DNA of 64,000 bases. Source: Candidatus Izemoplasmatales bacterium. GTDB lineage: Bacteria > Bacillota_I > Bacilli_A > Izemoplasmatales > Hujiaoplasmataceae. Location of the stretch: the NCBI GenBank assembly GCA_050177605.1, contig JBFXGX010000001.1, forward strand, positions 79,059 to 143,058, read 5' to 3'. Made by a program: the position numbers and the translations under genes. This document shows, piece by piece, positions 1 through 8,412 of this stretch (position 1 is its first letter; each line of letters begins with the position of its first letter). The notes below the pieces were generated by a model. The model was not told the DNA's origin. It saw only the letters and a program-made list of their open reading frames with translations, and searched no databases.

Positions 1-72
1 AGGGCTAGAGAAATCTAGAACAAAGGTGGTACCGCGCATAGTCGTCCTTTTTTTAGGGCGACTTTTTTATTT
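1..72 (+). ncRNA. 3' part of T-box riboswitch leader of trpS (stem III, T-box/antiterminator, terminator); 5' part lies outside the window
   Basis: AACAAAGGTGGTACCGCG T-box motif followed by hairpin AGTCGTCCT...AGGGCGACT and a T-run, directly upstream of trpS. Confidence 0.9.
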
Positions 73-92
73 TATATAGGAGGATTCAAAAA

Positions 93-1094
93 ATGAAACG
101 AATCGTATCAGGAATTAAACCAACAGGGACACTCACACTCGGAAATTATATTGGGGCAATTAAGCAATTTGTAAAACTACAAAAAAGTATGCCAGAGGAT
201 GAATTCTACTTATTCATCGCGGATATGCATGCCTTAACGGTTGCACAAGACCCAACAGAACTTAGAAAAAGAATTAAAGAAATCGCTGGGATGTATCTAG
301 CATGTGGTCTCGACCCTGATCGAACTGTTCTTTATATTCAGTCTGAAATCAAAGAACATACTGAACTTGGCTATTTATTACAATGTTTTACTTATATGGG
401 TGAACTTGAGAGAATGACGCAATATAAGGATAAAATTAAAAAACAAGAAACCAACCTCACTTCTTCTTTATTTACCTATCCAGTTTTAATGGCGGCGGAC
501 ATTGTTCTTTACGATGCAGATTATGTTCCTGTAGGTGAAGACCAAAAACAACATCTTGAGTTAACAAGAGACATTGCAGCCCGTTTTAATAATCGTTTTG
601 GTGAGTTTTTTAAAGTACCTGAACCAATTATCCCTGAAGTCGGCGCAAGAATTATGGACTTGCAAGACCCAACCAAAAAAATGTCTAAATCAGATTCTTC
701 CGATAAAGGTTACATTTCTTTATTCGATGAACCTTCCATCATTGCAAAAAAAATAAAATCAGCCGTTACAGACTCCGTAGGAATTGTTCAATTTGATGAA
801 GAAAATCAACCAGGAGTTGCGAATCTTTTAACGATTTACTCTGTACTAACAAATAAAGAAATCCCTCAAATCGTTCAAGATTACGAGGGACTTGGTTATA
901 AAGAATTTAAAGAAGATTTATCCGTGATTGTGTCGAATGAGATTAGTGAGATTCAAAAGAAATATAAAGATATTGTCGAATCAGATACACTCGATATTCT
1001 CCTAGATCGTGGCCAAGAAACTGCTTCAAAATTAGCATACAAAAAACTACAAAAAGCAAAACAAAAACTAGGACTAGGCAGAAAAAGAAAATAA
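93..1094 (+). CDS. trpS: Tryptophan--tRNA ligase
   Basis: TLGN (HIGH variant), VPVGEDQKQH and KMSKS motifs; AGGAGG RBS; T-box upstream. Confidence 0.97.
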   Translation: MKRIVSGIKPTGTLTLGNYIGAIKQFVKLQKSMPEDEFYLFIADMHALTVAQDPTELRKRIKEIAGMYLACGLDPDRTVLYIQSEIKEHTELGYLLQCFTYMGELERMTQYKDKIKKQETNLTSSLFTYPVLMAADIVLYDADYVPVGEDQKQHLELTRDIAARFNNRFGEFFKVPEPIIPEVGARIMDLQDPTKKMSKSDSSDKGYISLFDEPSIIAKKIKSAVTDSVGIVQFDEENQPGVANLLTIYSVLTNKEIPQIVQDYEGLGYKEFKEDLSVIVSNEISEIQKKYKDIVESDTLDILLDRGQETASKLAYKKLQKAKQKLGLGRKRK

Positions 1095-1361
1095 CTAGAC
1101 GAGTTCGTTTATATCAGAGATTACTCTTGATATTGCTAAATAAGCAGCCTCTTCATCATTTCCTTTAAAAGAAATGGTGAAGGTTTTATTTTGGGGAACT
1201 CCCAAGGATAAAACACCCATAATTGACTTTAGGTTAGCTTCTTTTTCATCAAAATAAATCATCATTTCTGCTTGAAAACTATTGGCTTTACTAACAAGCA
1301 TCGTTGCAGGTCGCGCATGAAGGCCAAATGGATAGGCAATTCTGAATTTGTGATCAATCAT
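1095..1361 (-). CDS. ptsH: Phosphocarrier protein HPr
   Basis: GLHARPA (His15) and NLKSIMGV (Ser46) motifs, 88 aa. Confidence 0.92.
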   Translation of the reverse strand: MIDHKFRIAYPFGLHARPATMLVSKANSFQAEMMIYFDEKEANLKSIMGVLSLGVPQNKTFTISFKGNDEEAAYLAISRVISDINELV

Positions 1362-1373
1362 TAGACACTCTCC

Positions 1374-1748
1374 TTAATCTTGATTAATAGAATCGATTAA
1401 CATTTCTGTATCAAATGGACAAATCATTTTAAGCGTATTTCCAGTTACAAATAGATTTTGTACTCCTTCATTTTTTAATTGTTCAAGATTGCACTTTTCA
1501 ATGTCTTTTACATATACTTTGGTACGACTACCATCTTGAACAATTTGTTCAATATTTTCTTTTTCTCCAAGTAATGAAATGAAGGCTAAGACAACTGTAG
1601 GATCCATCGTTTGTTTTTTCTTTTCATTTTTTGGTTTTTTCTTAACTATTTGATATACAAATAATCCAATTACAAAAAAGATAAAAACGAATGTGATGAT
1701 TGAGTCCCAAAGAGATAGAAAGACAAGAGTGGAAGCATTTTGTAACAT
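1374..1748 (-). CDS. Membrane-anchored PTS EIIB-like protein (Glc/Suc-type fold) lacking the catalytic Cys
   Basis: N-terminal TM helix, then GEKENIEQIVQDGSRTKVYVKD matching the GGKENIxxxxxCxTRLRxxxKD pattern; start moved to ATG 1748 after GAGGTG RBS. Confidence 0.7.
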   Translation of the reverse strand: MLQNASTLVFLSLWDSIITFVFIFFVIGLFVYQIVKKKPKNEKKKQTMDPTVVLAFISLLGEKENIEQIVQDGSRTKVYVKDIEKCNLEQLKNEGVQNLFVTGNTLKMICPFDTEMLIDSINQD

Positions 1749-1889
1749 AATTATCACCTCTTTATTCTATTTTATCACAAATTAATAAAAGAACGATATC
1801 TCTAAGAAAAAAAACACAAAATTTACAAATATAAACTTGAAAAAGAGCGCATCATCATATATAATCAAACGATAGAAAGTAGGTAAAAT

Positions 1890-2381
1890 ATGAGCCACGT
1901 AATTGAAGCTATCATCGAAATCCCTATGGGGACACAAAACAAGTATGAAGTAGACAAGAAAAAAAATCGCATTAAATTGAACCGTGTTTTATACTCCAAA
2001 ATGACTTATCCAGCAGAGTATGGTTTTATTGAAAACACACTCGCAGAGGATGGTGACCCACTTGATATTCTTGTTCTCGCCACAACGCAAACCTTTCCAG
2101 GATGTATCGTGGATGCTAGAGTCGTAGGATATCTAGATATGTATGACTCCGGTGAACATGACGAAAAGATTATTGCAGTAGTTGACGCAGATCCACGATT
2201 TGAAGATATTCATAATATCACTGATATTAAACAACTTCAACTTGAAGAGATCAAATTATTCTTTAGAAACTACAAAGCACTTCAACCTGGACATCATGTG
2301 GAAGTTCTAGATTATTATCCTCTCGAAGCTGCCGTTGAGTTAATCGAAAAATATCAAAAAGCTTATAAAACGAGTAAGTAA
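1890..2381 (+). CDS. ppa: Inorganic pyrophosphatase, family I
   Basis: NKYE, YPAEYGFI and EDGDPLD motifs. Confidence 0.95.
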   Translation: MSHVIEAIIEIPMGTQNKYEVDKKKNRIKLNRVLYSKMTYPAEYGFIENTLAEDGDPLDILVLATTQTFPGCIVDARVVGYLDMYDSGEHDEKIIAVVDADPRFEDIHNITDIKQLQLEEIKLFFRNYKALQPGHHVEVLDYYPLEAAVELIEKYQKAYKTSK

Positions 2382-2385
2382 AGTT

Positions 2386-2424
2386 AAAAAGGAAACAGAT
2401 GAATTCATCTAGTTTCCTTTTTTT
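2386..2424. terminator. Bidirectional intrinsic terminator between ppa and the convergent operon
   Basis: AAAAAGGAAAC...GTTTCCTTTTTTT inverted repeat. Confidence 0.7.
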
Positions 2425-2774
2425 ATATAATCTATGTTTACTTCATTACCATATGCATAATTGTTTTCGAAGTAAAAATCATCTAGCGTTGAATCTTCTA
2501 TTGAAAGTTCCTCAACCAAACAGCCTTGAAATCGGACGTGCTCAAATGTTGAGTTTGAAAATATAACATTCTTCATATTACATTCAATGAAAAAGCAATG
2601 CTTGAATATTACCTCAGAAAAGGATACTTCAAAGATACAACCAGAAAATATTGTATCTTCAATGGTAAGATCCTTTATCATTTCATCCTCTGTATGAATG
2701 GATAATTGATCAAAGATTCTATTCCCATTAACGTAATCATTTAGAAATTCTTGAAAAGAAATCGAAGTCATCAT
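2409..2774 (-). CDS. Pentapeptide-repeat-like protein
   Basis: 5-residue periodicity of F/C (IFSGC, VIFKH, CFFIE, VIFSN, STFEH, VRFQG); start uncertain (ATG 2774 just after the upstream stop, or 2801). Confidence 0.65.
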   Translation of the reverse strand: MMTSISFQEFLNDYVNGNRIFDQLSIHTEDEMIKDLTIEDTIFSGCIFEVSFSEVIFKHCFFIECNMKNVIFSNSTFEHVRFQGCLVEELSIEDSTLDDFYFENNYAYGNEVNIDYIKKGN

Positions 2775-2775
2775 G

Positions 2776-3948
2776 CTATTTTGAATGAACAACTTCACCA
2801 TTAATGATGACTTTTTCTGTTTTTGTTAAGTAATGAAGAGGATGACCAGACCAAATAACGATATCTGCATCTTTACCTACTTCTATGCTTCCCACAAGAT
2901 GATCAATATGATTTAGTTTGGCAGCTTCAATCGTAACCGCTTTAAACGCTGAAAGTTCGTCCAATCCTTCGCGGACAAATAAACCAACTTGGGTTAGCGT
3001 ATTTTCTAGTGGAATGACTGGGTGATCTGTCATAATCGCAAAACGAACTCCTGCTTCTTTTAATACTCTACCTGCATCAAACGATTTGTTTCTAAGTTCA
3101 TATTTTGATTTTGAACCAAGTGTTGGCCCAATAATAACGTCTTGTTTATGTGCAACTAAATATTCAGGAATTAAATAGCCTTCCGTCGCATGTTCAATTG
3201 TTGCGTTTAAACCAAATTCTTCGATTATACGAATCGCTGTAACAATATCATCTTGTTGATGGGCATGAATCTTCACTGGGAACCCTTTAAACACTCTCGA
3301 TAGACTATCCCATTTTAAATTAAATTCAGGTTTTGACACTTCTTTACCGTTACTCATATCTTCTTGATATTTTTCTTGTTTATCAAGATAATCTTTCGCT
3401 TTTCTTAAAGCATCACGAATCAGTGCTGCGGATGCCATTCTTGTTTGTGGTGTTTGTCCCTTTGAATTATAAACTCTTTTAGGGTTTTCTCCTAATGCCA
3501 TTTTCATGGATGATTCTTTCACAAGAACCATGTCATCAATGGTTTTTCCGAATGTTTTTAAAACACAGAATACGCCACCAATTACATTCGCACTCCCTGG
3601 ACCAGTACAAACAGTTGTAATCCCTGCTTCAAGTGCATTTTCAAATGCTGTATCTTGTGGTTTAATTGCGTCAATTGCGCGAAGTTCAGGCGTAACAGGA
3701 TTAGTCATTTCGTTACCATCTGCACCTTCAAAACCAATCGCATCTTCAAAAATACCTACGTGACAATGAGGATCGACAAGACCTGGTGTTGTGAATTTAC
3801 CTAAAGCATCAATCACAGTTGCATTGGGATAATCATTTTGATTTAATTTACCTACTTTAACAATTTTTGAATCTTCGACTAGAATATCAGTGATTTCATA
3901 ATTGATATCAGCCATACTAATGAGATTTGCGTTTTTAATCAGTAACAT
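2776..3948 (-). CDS. Metal-dependent amidohydrolase (imidazolonepropionase-like family)
   Basis: PGLVDPHCH, KMALGENPK, HAH, EH, TDHP and GSIEVGKDAD motifs; start at MLLIKNA after GGGAG RBS. Confidence 0.9.
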   Translation of the reverse strand: MLLIKNANLISMADINYEITDILVEDSKIVKVGKLNQNDYPNATVIDALGKFTTPGLVDPHCHVGIFEDAIGFEGADGNEMTNPVTPELRAIDAIKPQDTAFENALEAGITTVCTGPGSANVIGGVFCVLKTFGKTIDDMVLVKESSMKMALGENPKRVYNSKGQTPQTRMASAALIRDALRKAKDYLDKQEKYQEDMSNGKEVSKPEFNLKWDSLSRVFKGFPVKIHAHQQDDIVTAIRIIEEFGLNATIEHATEGYLIPEYLVAHKQDVIIGPTLGSKSKYELRNKSFDAGRVLKEAGVRFAIMTDHPVIPLENTLTQVGLFVREGLDELSAFKAVTIEAAKLNHIDHLVGSIEVGKDADIVIWSGHPLHYLTKTEKVIINGEVVHSK

Positions 3949-3949
3949 T

Positions 3950-5125
3950 TTATTCTCCCTTTCTGAAACTAGATATAATATTAACAAAAGTAGTGGAACC
4001 AGTGAGCAATGCTTCTTCATCTAAGTTAAATTTAGGATGATGTAGCGAGTAACTAGTTTCATCGGACTTTTTAGTTCCTAACCATAGCATACAACCTTGA
4101 CGATATTTGATATATCTTGAGAAATCCTCTGCCCCCATGGATGGTTCAAGTATTTCGATAAAAGCTTCTTCACCTAACGTTTGATGGACAATTTTTTGAA
4201 CATAATCCACTTCTGAAGGAGTATTGATGGTTGGATCATATTCATAGATATATTCATATTTATAGGACCCGCCATTCTTAATCGAGACAGCTTCAAGAAC
4301 TTTTTTAATCTCTTCCTTAATCCAATCTCTCAGTTCATAAGAAAATGTTCTCACTGTTCCTTCTAAATAAGCGGAGTCTGGGATGATATTATGAGTTGTC
4401 CCCGCATGAACTTGAGCAATGGTAATCACTGCAGGTGTTAATGGGTTTTTCTTTCTTGATAATATAAGTTGCGTTGCTTGAATAACTTCGCTTGCCATAA
4501 TAATTGGATCAATTCCCAAATGAGGATAAGCAGCGTGCGCTCCTTTTCCAAATAAAGTCATTTGAATCGTATCTGCAGAAGCCATTGCTTCATTTTTCTT
4601 CGCTGCAATTTTACCTGATTCAAATAACGAACTCACATGGAACGCATAAAAGCGCTCGACCTTTTCTAGTAGTCCGCTTTCAACAATCCCGTAAGCACCA
4701 CCAGGATTAGGTCCTTCCTCTGCTTCTTGGAAGACAAAATAGACTGTTCCTTCCCATTCGTTCAAATGTGTGGACAAATAAGTTGCAGCGGTTAATAACA
4801 TTGCTGTGTGAGCATCATGTCCACACGCATGCATCTTTCCATCATTTTTCGAACAATAACTCAATTCTTTGTTCATCTCTTGTAAAGGGAGTGCATCCAT
4901 ATCTGCTCGTAAACCGATGACTGGACCATTACCGTTTTTCAAGATTCCTAATAGACTATTTTTGCCAACATGAGGGATAACTTCAATCCCCATTGTCAAT
5001 AACTCATTCATGACAAAATCATGCGTCTTTTCTAAATCAAAACCTGTTTCTGGATGAGCGTGAAGGTATCTTCTTGTCTTCACGAGATAGGGTAGTAGAT
5101 ATTCTAAATCTTTGACTTTGACCAT
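3950..5125 (-). CDS. M20 family amidohydrolase/carboxypeptidase (M20D)
   Basis: HAHPE, RADMDAL, MHACGHD, QEAEE, GAEDF and LHHP motifs. Confidence 0.92.
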   Translation of the reverse strand: MVKVKDLEYLLPYLVKTRRYLHAHPETGFDLEKTHDFVMNELLTMGIEVIPHVGKNSLLGILKNGNGPVIGLRADMDALPLQEMNKELSYCSKNDGKMHACGHDAHTAMLLTAATYLSTHLNEWEGTVYFVFQEAEEGPNPGGAYGIVESGLLEKVERFYAFHVSSLFESGKIAAKKNEAMASADTIQMTLFGKGAHAAYPHLGIDPIIMASEVIQATQLILSRKKNPLTPAVITIAQVHAGTTHNIIPDSAYLEGTVRTFSYELRDWIKEEIKKVLEAVSIKNGGSYKYEYIYEYDPTINTPSEVDYVQKIVHQTLGEEAFIEILEPSMGAEDFSRYIKYRQGCMLWLGTKKSDETSYSLHHPKFNLDEEALLTGSTTFVNIISSFRKGE

Positions 5126-5135
5126 ATTAATCTCC

Positions 5136-5918
5136 TTAGAAAATATATTTTACATTGAGTTGGTATTTTTCTGTCTGTTCGAGTATTTCCTGTTTAAGTT
5201 GTTTAAAAAACCGATAATCTTTTGATTCATAGATTTTTTTTGTAGGTTCTAAAACATGTTTATAATGCTTTTCTAACATTTGGTAATGAAACATACGATT
5301 GTCAAAATCAATAAGATTGAGGGTATCGAACATCAAATAATCGACACTATCTTTCACAAGATCGATGATGTTTTTAACATTGCTAATATAGGGAATTATT
5401 GGCGAAATAAATACATAGGTTGAGATACCTTCTGCTTTTAATTTCTTGAGGGCTTCAATACGCTGTGAAACCGATGATGCATTAGGTTCAAACAGAAGTG
5501 CATCTTGTTCTTCAAGACCTATCGAAAAGCCAATTTGAATATGTTTCATTTGTTTAAAGAGATCTAAATCTCTTAATACAAGTGATGATTTCGTAAGAAT
5601 ATTGATGTGAAGATGACTCTCTTTGACAGCTTCAAGCACTTTTCTAGTTGCTTGAGTTTGTATTTCAGAAGGTTGATAAGCATCCGTCATTGAACTAAGA
5701 AACAGTTCTTTCTCTCCTGTCCCTTTAGGAATGTCATAATGAGGAAAAACTCGTTGATAAACGAAACTTCCCCATACTTTGTCTTGTTTTTGGTAATTTA
5801 ATGTTTTTGCATAACAATAGGTACAACCATGTGAACAACCTAGATAAGGATTACACGTAAGTGCATTCTCACCGAGTTTGGTCTTGGTCATAAATTGTTT
5901 TGCCTCAACTGTCTTCAT
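5136..5918 (-). CDS. Radical SAM protein, spore-photoproduct-lyase-like/Rv2578c-like family
   Basis: NPYLGCSHGCTYCYA (CxxxCxxC), SMTDAYQP, ILTKS. Confidence 0.85.
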   Translation of the reverse strand: MKTVEAKQFMTKTKLGENALTCNPYLGCSHGCTYCYAKTLNYQKQDKVWGSFVYQRVFPHYDIPKGTGEKELFLSSMTDAYQPSEIQTQATRKVLEAVKESHLHINILTKSSLVLRDLDLFKQMKHIQIGFSIGLEEQDALLFEPNASSVSQRIEALKKLKAEGISTYVFISPIIPYISNVKNIIDLVKDSVDYLMFDTLNLIDFDNRMFHYQMLEKHYKHVLEPTKKIYESKDYRFFKQLKQEILEQTEKYQLNVKYIF

Positions 5919-5919
5919 T

Positions 5920-6831
5920 TTATTTTAACTCTAGTTTTGAATTCCATAAAGAAATAAAAGTACCACTTACCAAAGCAACGAGCGCTAATAAGAATGAAAA
6001 GACATTATTCACAAAATAAGTGCCAAGGTCCTCATATATCGGCGTTTGAAAATCATAAATTGCCGAAGAAGTTGGATCCTTTATTTCAAAGAAAATAACA
6101 ATGATTGATGCGATAATAAATCCAATAATCGCATAATAAGTTTCACTTTTATATTTTTTTAATAATGTTTCTAAAACTTTACTGAATACAACGATTCCTA
6201 CAACGGCTCCAAGTCCAAATGGAATCATCACAAATAAATTGTAGCTAAAACTTGAAAAATCGAATAAATTTCCAACTACATTCGTTACGATAGCGGTATA
6301 AAAACCTAGCACCATCAGCAAAGCACTTCCTGAGATTCCAGGAATAATCATCGTTGTCGAGGCAATGAGTCCTAACATGAAGATAAGCGCAAAATTACCA
6401 ATCGTTTTTGGAAAGGTTTCAAGTCCTGTCGATGAATAATTTAATTTATATAACAGCATTAAAATCACAATTGCAAATGCAACTGCAAAAGCGATATAAT
6501 GCGCAGGTTTGATTTTCGCACCTTTAGTTTGTTTAAATAAATAAGGAATTCCACCAAGAATCAAGCCAATAAAGAAGAACAAAGTAACTAAAGAATTTTT
6601 TTCGATAAAATAGCCTAAGATTTTAGCAAGAAGCACAACTGATAACCCAACGCCTAAAAAGACTGGCACAAGAAACTGAATACTTTTCTTCGTTTCAGTC
6701 ACGATATGTCCGATTGCATGAAGTAATTTATCATAAATTCCTAGATAAATAGCGAGCGTTCCTCCACTTACCCCTGGAATAATGAAAGCAATACCGATAA
6801 TGAACCCTTTAAGTAATAACATGAAAAACAT
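5920..6831 (-). CDS. DUF368 family membrane protein
   Basis: Duplicated IPGVSGG / IPGISGS motifs, multiple TM helices. Confidence 0.9.
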   Translation of the reverse strand: MFFMLLLKGFIIGIAFIIPGVSGGTLAIYLGIYDKLLHAIGHIVTETKKSIQFLVPVFLGVGLSVVLLAKILGYFIEKNSLVTLFFFIGLILGGIPYLFKQTKGAKIKPAHYIAFAVAFAIVILMLLYKLNYSSTGLETFPKTIGNFALIFMLGLIASTTMIIPGISGSALLMVLGFYTAIVTNVVGNLFDFSSFSYNLFVMIPFGLGAVVGIVVFSKVLETLLKKYKSETYYAIIGFIIASIIVIFFEIKDPTSSAIYDFQTPIYEDLGTYFVNNVFSFLLALVALVSGTFISLWNSKLELK

Positions 6832-6833
6832 AT

Positions 6834-8150
6834 TTATTCACTTCCTTTTTCTACTTTATCTCCTATTAAATCATAGCCAAGTGAATTTTTGATGAGAACA
6901 TCAACAATTTCACCAACATTTAGCTTGTTTGAGGATTGAAATACGATATATCCATCAATATCATCTGGTGCGAAGGCATAACTTCTTCCGTAATAGAACT
7001 TCGACTCTGGATCATAGGCTTCAATAATGGTTTGATGAACCCGTCCTATTTGTTCTTTGTTTTTCTTTCGAGCAATTTTCTTTTGAAGCCTCATGATTTC
7101 TTCATATCGTTTTTCTTTGGTATCTTCATCAACTTCATGATCATATGTGTATGCTTTCGTATCTTCTTCCTTTGAGTATTTGAATACTCCTAAACGGTCA
7201 AATTCAAATTCAGAGATGAAATCAAGTAATAATTGATGATCTTCTTCAGTTTCAAATGGAAAACCAGTGATCAATGTTGTTCTAAATATCGCGTGAGGTA
7301 TTTCTCTTCGAATCTTGTATAATAGTTCCTTATGGAATGCCTCATCTTTTCTTCTCAACATTTTTTTAAGTACATTCGTAGAAATATGTTGAATTGGTAT
7401 ATCAAAGTAAGGCGCTACTATTGGATGATGTTTAATGTAATCAATAAATTCATCTGTAATCTCATCTGGATAAAGATATAGAACACGAATCATATATATT
7501 CCTTCAATTTTTGAAATTTCATCGAGTAGCTTTACAAGCATCGATTTCTTTTCAGGATGAAGATCACTTCCGTATCTTGAAGTATCTTGAGAAATCAAAT
7601 TGATTTCTTTCGCTCCATTTTTGACTAACACTCTACATTCACTCACGATATCCTCTAAATTACGAGAACGGAAGTTCCCACGAATGAGCGGAATAGCACA
7701 AAAAGCACAACGATTATTACACCCTTCTGAAATTTTTACATAAGGTGTGACATTACTTGTCGTAAGAATTCTTGTATCATAATTCATGGGTTTTAGTTTT
7801 AACTCTTTCGTACCAAGTACTTCTTGAAGTATGACATGAATTTTCGGATAGTCTTTCAGTGTAATGATTTTGTCCACAAAAGGCATTTCTTTTTCAAGCT
7901 TCTCGCGATAACGTTCTGCATAACATCCTGCAACAATGAGCTTCTTCCCGTATTCTTTCATTTCAAAAATCGTTTCAACTGTTTCTTGTCTTGCACTCTC
8001 AATAAATCCACAAGTATTAATGATGATTGCGTTTGCCTCTTGAGGATCTGTCACTATTTCTATATTGGCATCTTTAAGGACACCAAGAATTAGTTCAGAA
8101 TCGACTAAATTTTTCGCACATCCTAAAGATATTAATCCTACTTTTATCAT
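6834..8150 (-). CDS. rimO: Ribosomal protein S12 methylthiotransferase
   Basis: SLGCAKNLVDSE, INTCGFI, EGCNNRCAFCAIP, C-terminal TRAM with APDDIDG. Confidence 0.95.
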   Translation of the reverse strand: MIKVGLISLGCAKNLVDSELILGVLKDANIEIVTDPQEANAIIINTCGFIESARQETVETIFEMKEYGKKLIVAGCYAERYREKLEKEMPFVDKIITLKDYPKIHVILQEVLGTKELKLKPMNYDTRILTTSNVTPYVKISEGCNNRCAFCAIPLIRGNFRSRNLEDIVSECRVLVKNGAKEINLISQDTSRYGSDLHPEKKSMLVKLLDEISKIEGIYMIRVLYLYPDEITDEFIDYIKHHPIVAPYFDIPIQHISTNVLKKMLRRKDEAFHKELLYKIRREIPHAIFRTTLITGFPFETEEDHQLLLDFISEFEFDRLGVFKYSKEEDTKAYTYDHEVDEDTKEKRYEEIMRLQKKIARKKNKEQIGRVHQTIIEAYDPESKFYYGRSYAFAPDDIDGYIVFQSSNKLNVGEIVDVLIKNSLGYDLIGDKVEKGSE

Positions 8151-8348
8151 AAATTCATCTCATTTCTATATGAATAATATTATACTTTATTTATTTCCAT
8201 TTTTAAAGAAAAAGCGGTTAGTTTATCAAACCAAAATGACTTATGTATACAAACGATGATGAATGATATTCCATAAAATACGAAAAGTATCTAAAGATAT
8301 TCTTCCATTTGTGTAGATTCTGTGAAGAATGAATTTTGTAAATCATTT

Positions 8349-8380
8349 TTGTTGACAAAACAACAATTTTATAAGATAAT
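8349..8380 (+). promoter_or_regulatory. Sigma-A promoter of the ABC/MarR operon with an overlapping inverted-repeat operator
   Basis: TTGACA (8352-8357), 17 bp, GATAAT (8375-8380); TTGTTG-N6-CAACAA at 8349-8366. Confidence 0.65.
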
Positions 8381-8412
8381 GGTCGAGTAAACAATTTATA
8401 AAGAGGTGAATT

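Noticed and set aside
8065..8259. 64-aa ORF across the rimO start and intergenic region
   Set aside because: Antisense to rimO, no RBS, low-complexity intergenic translation
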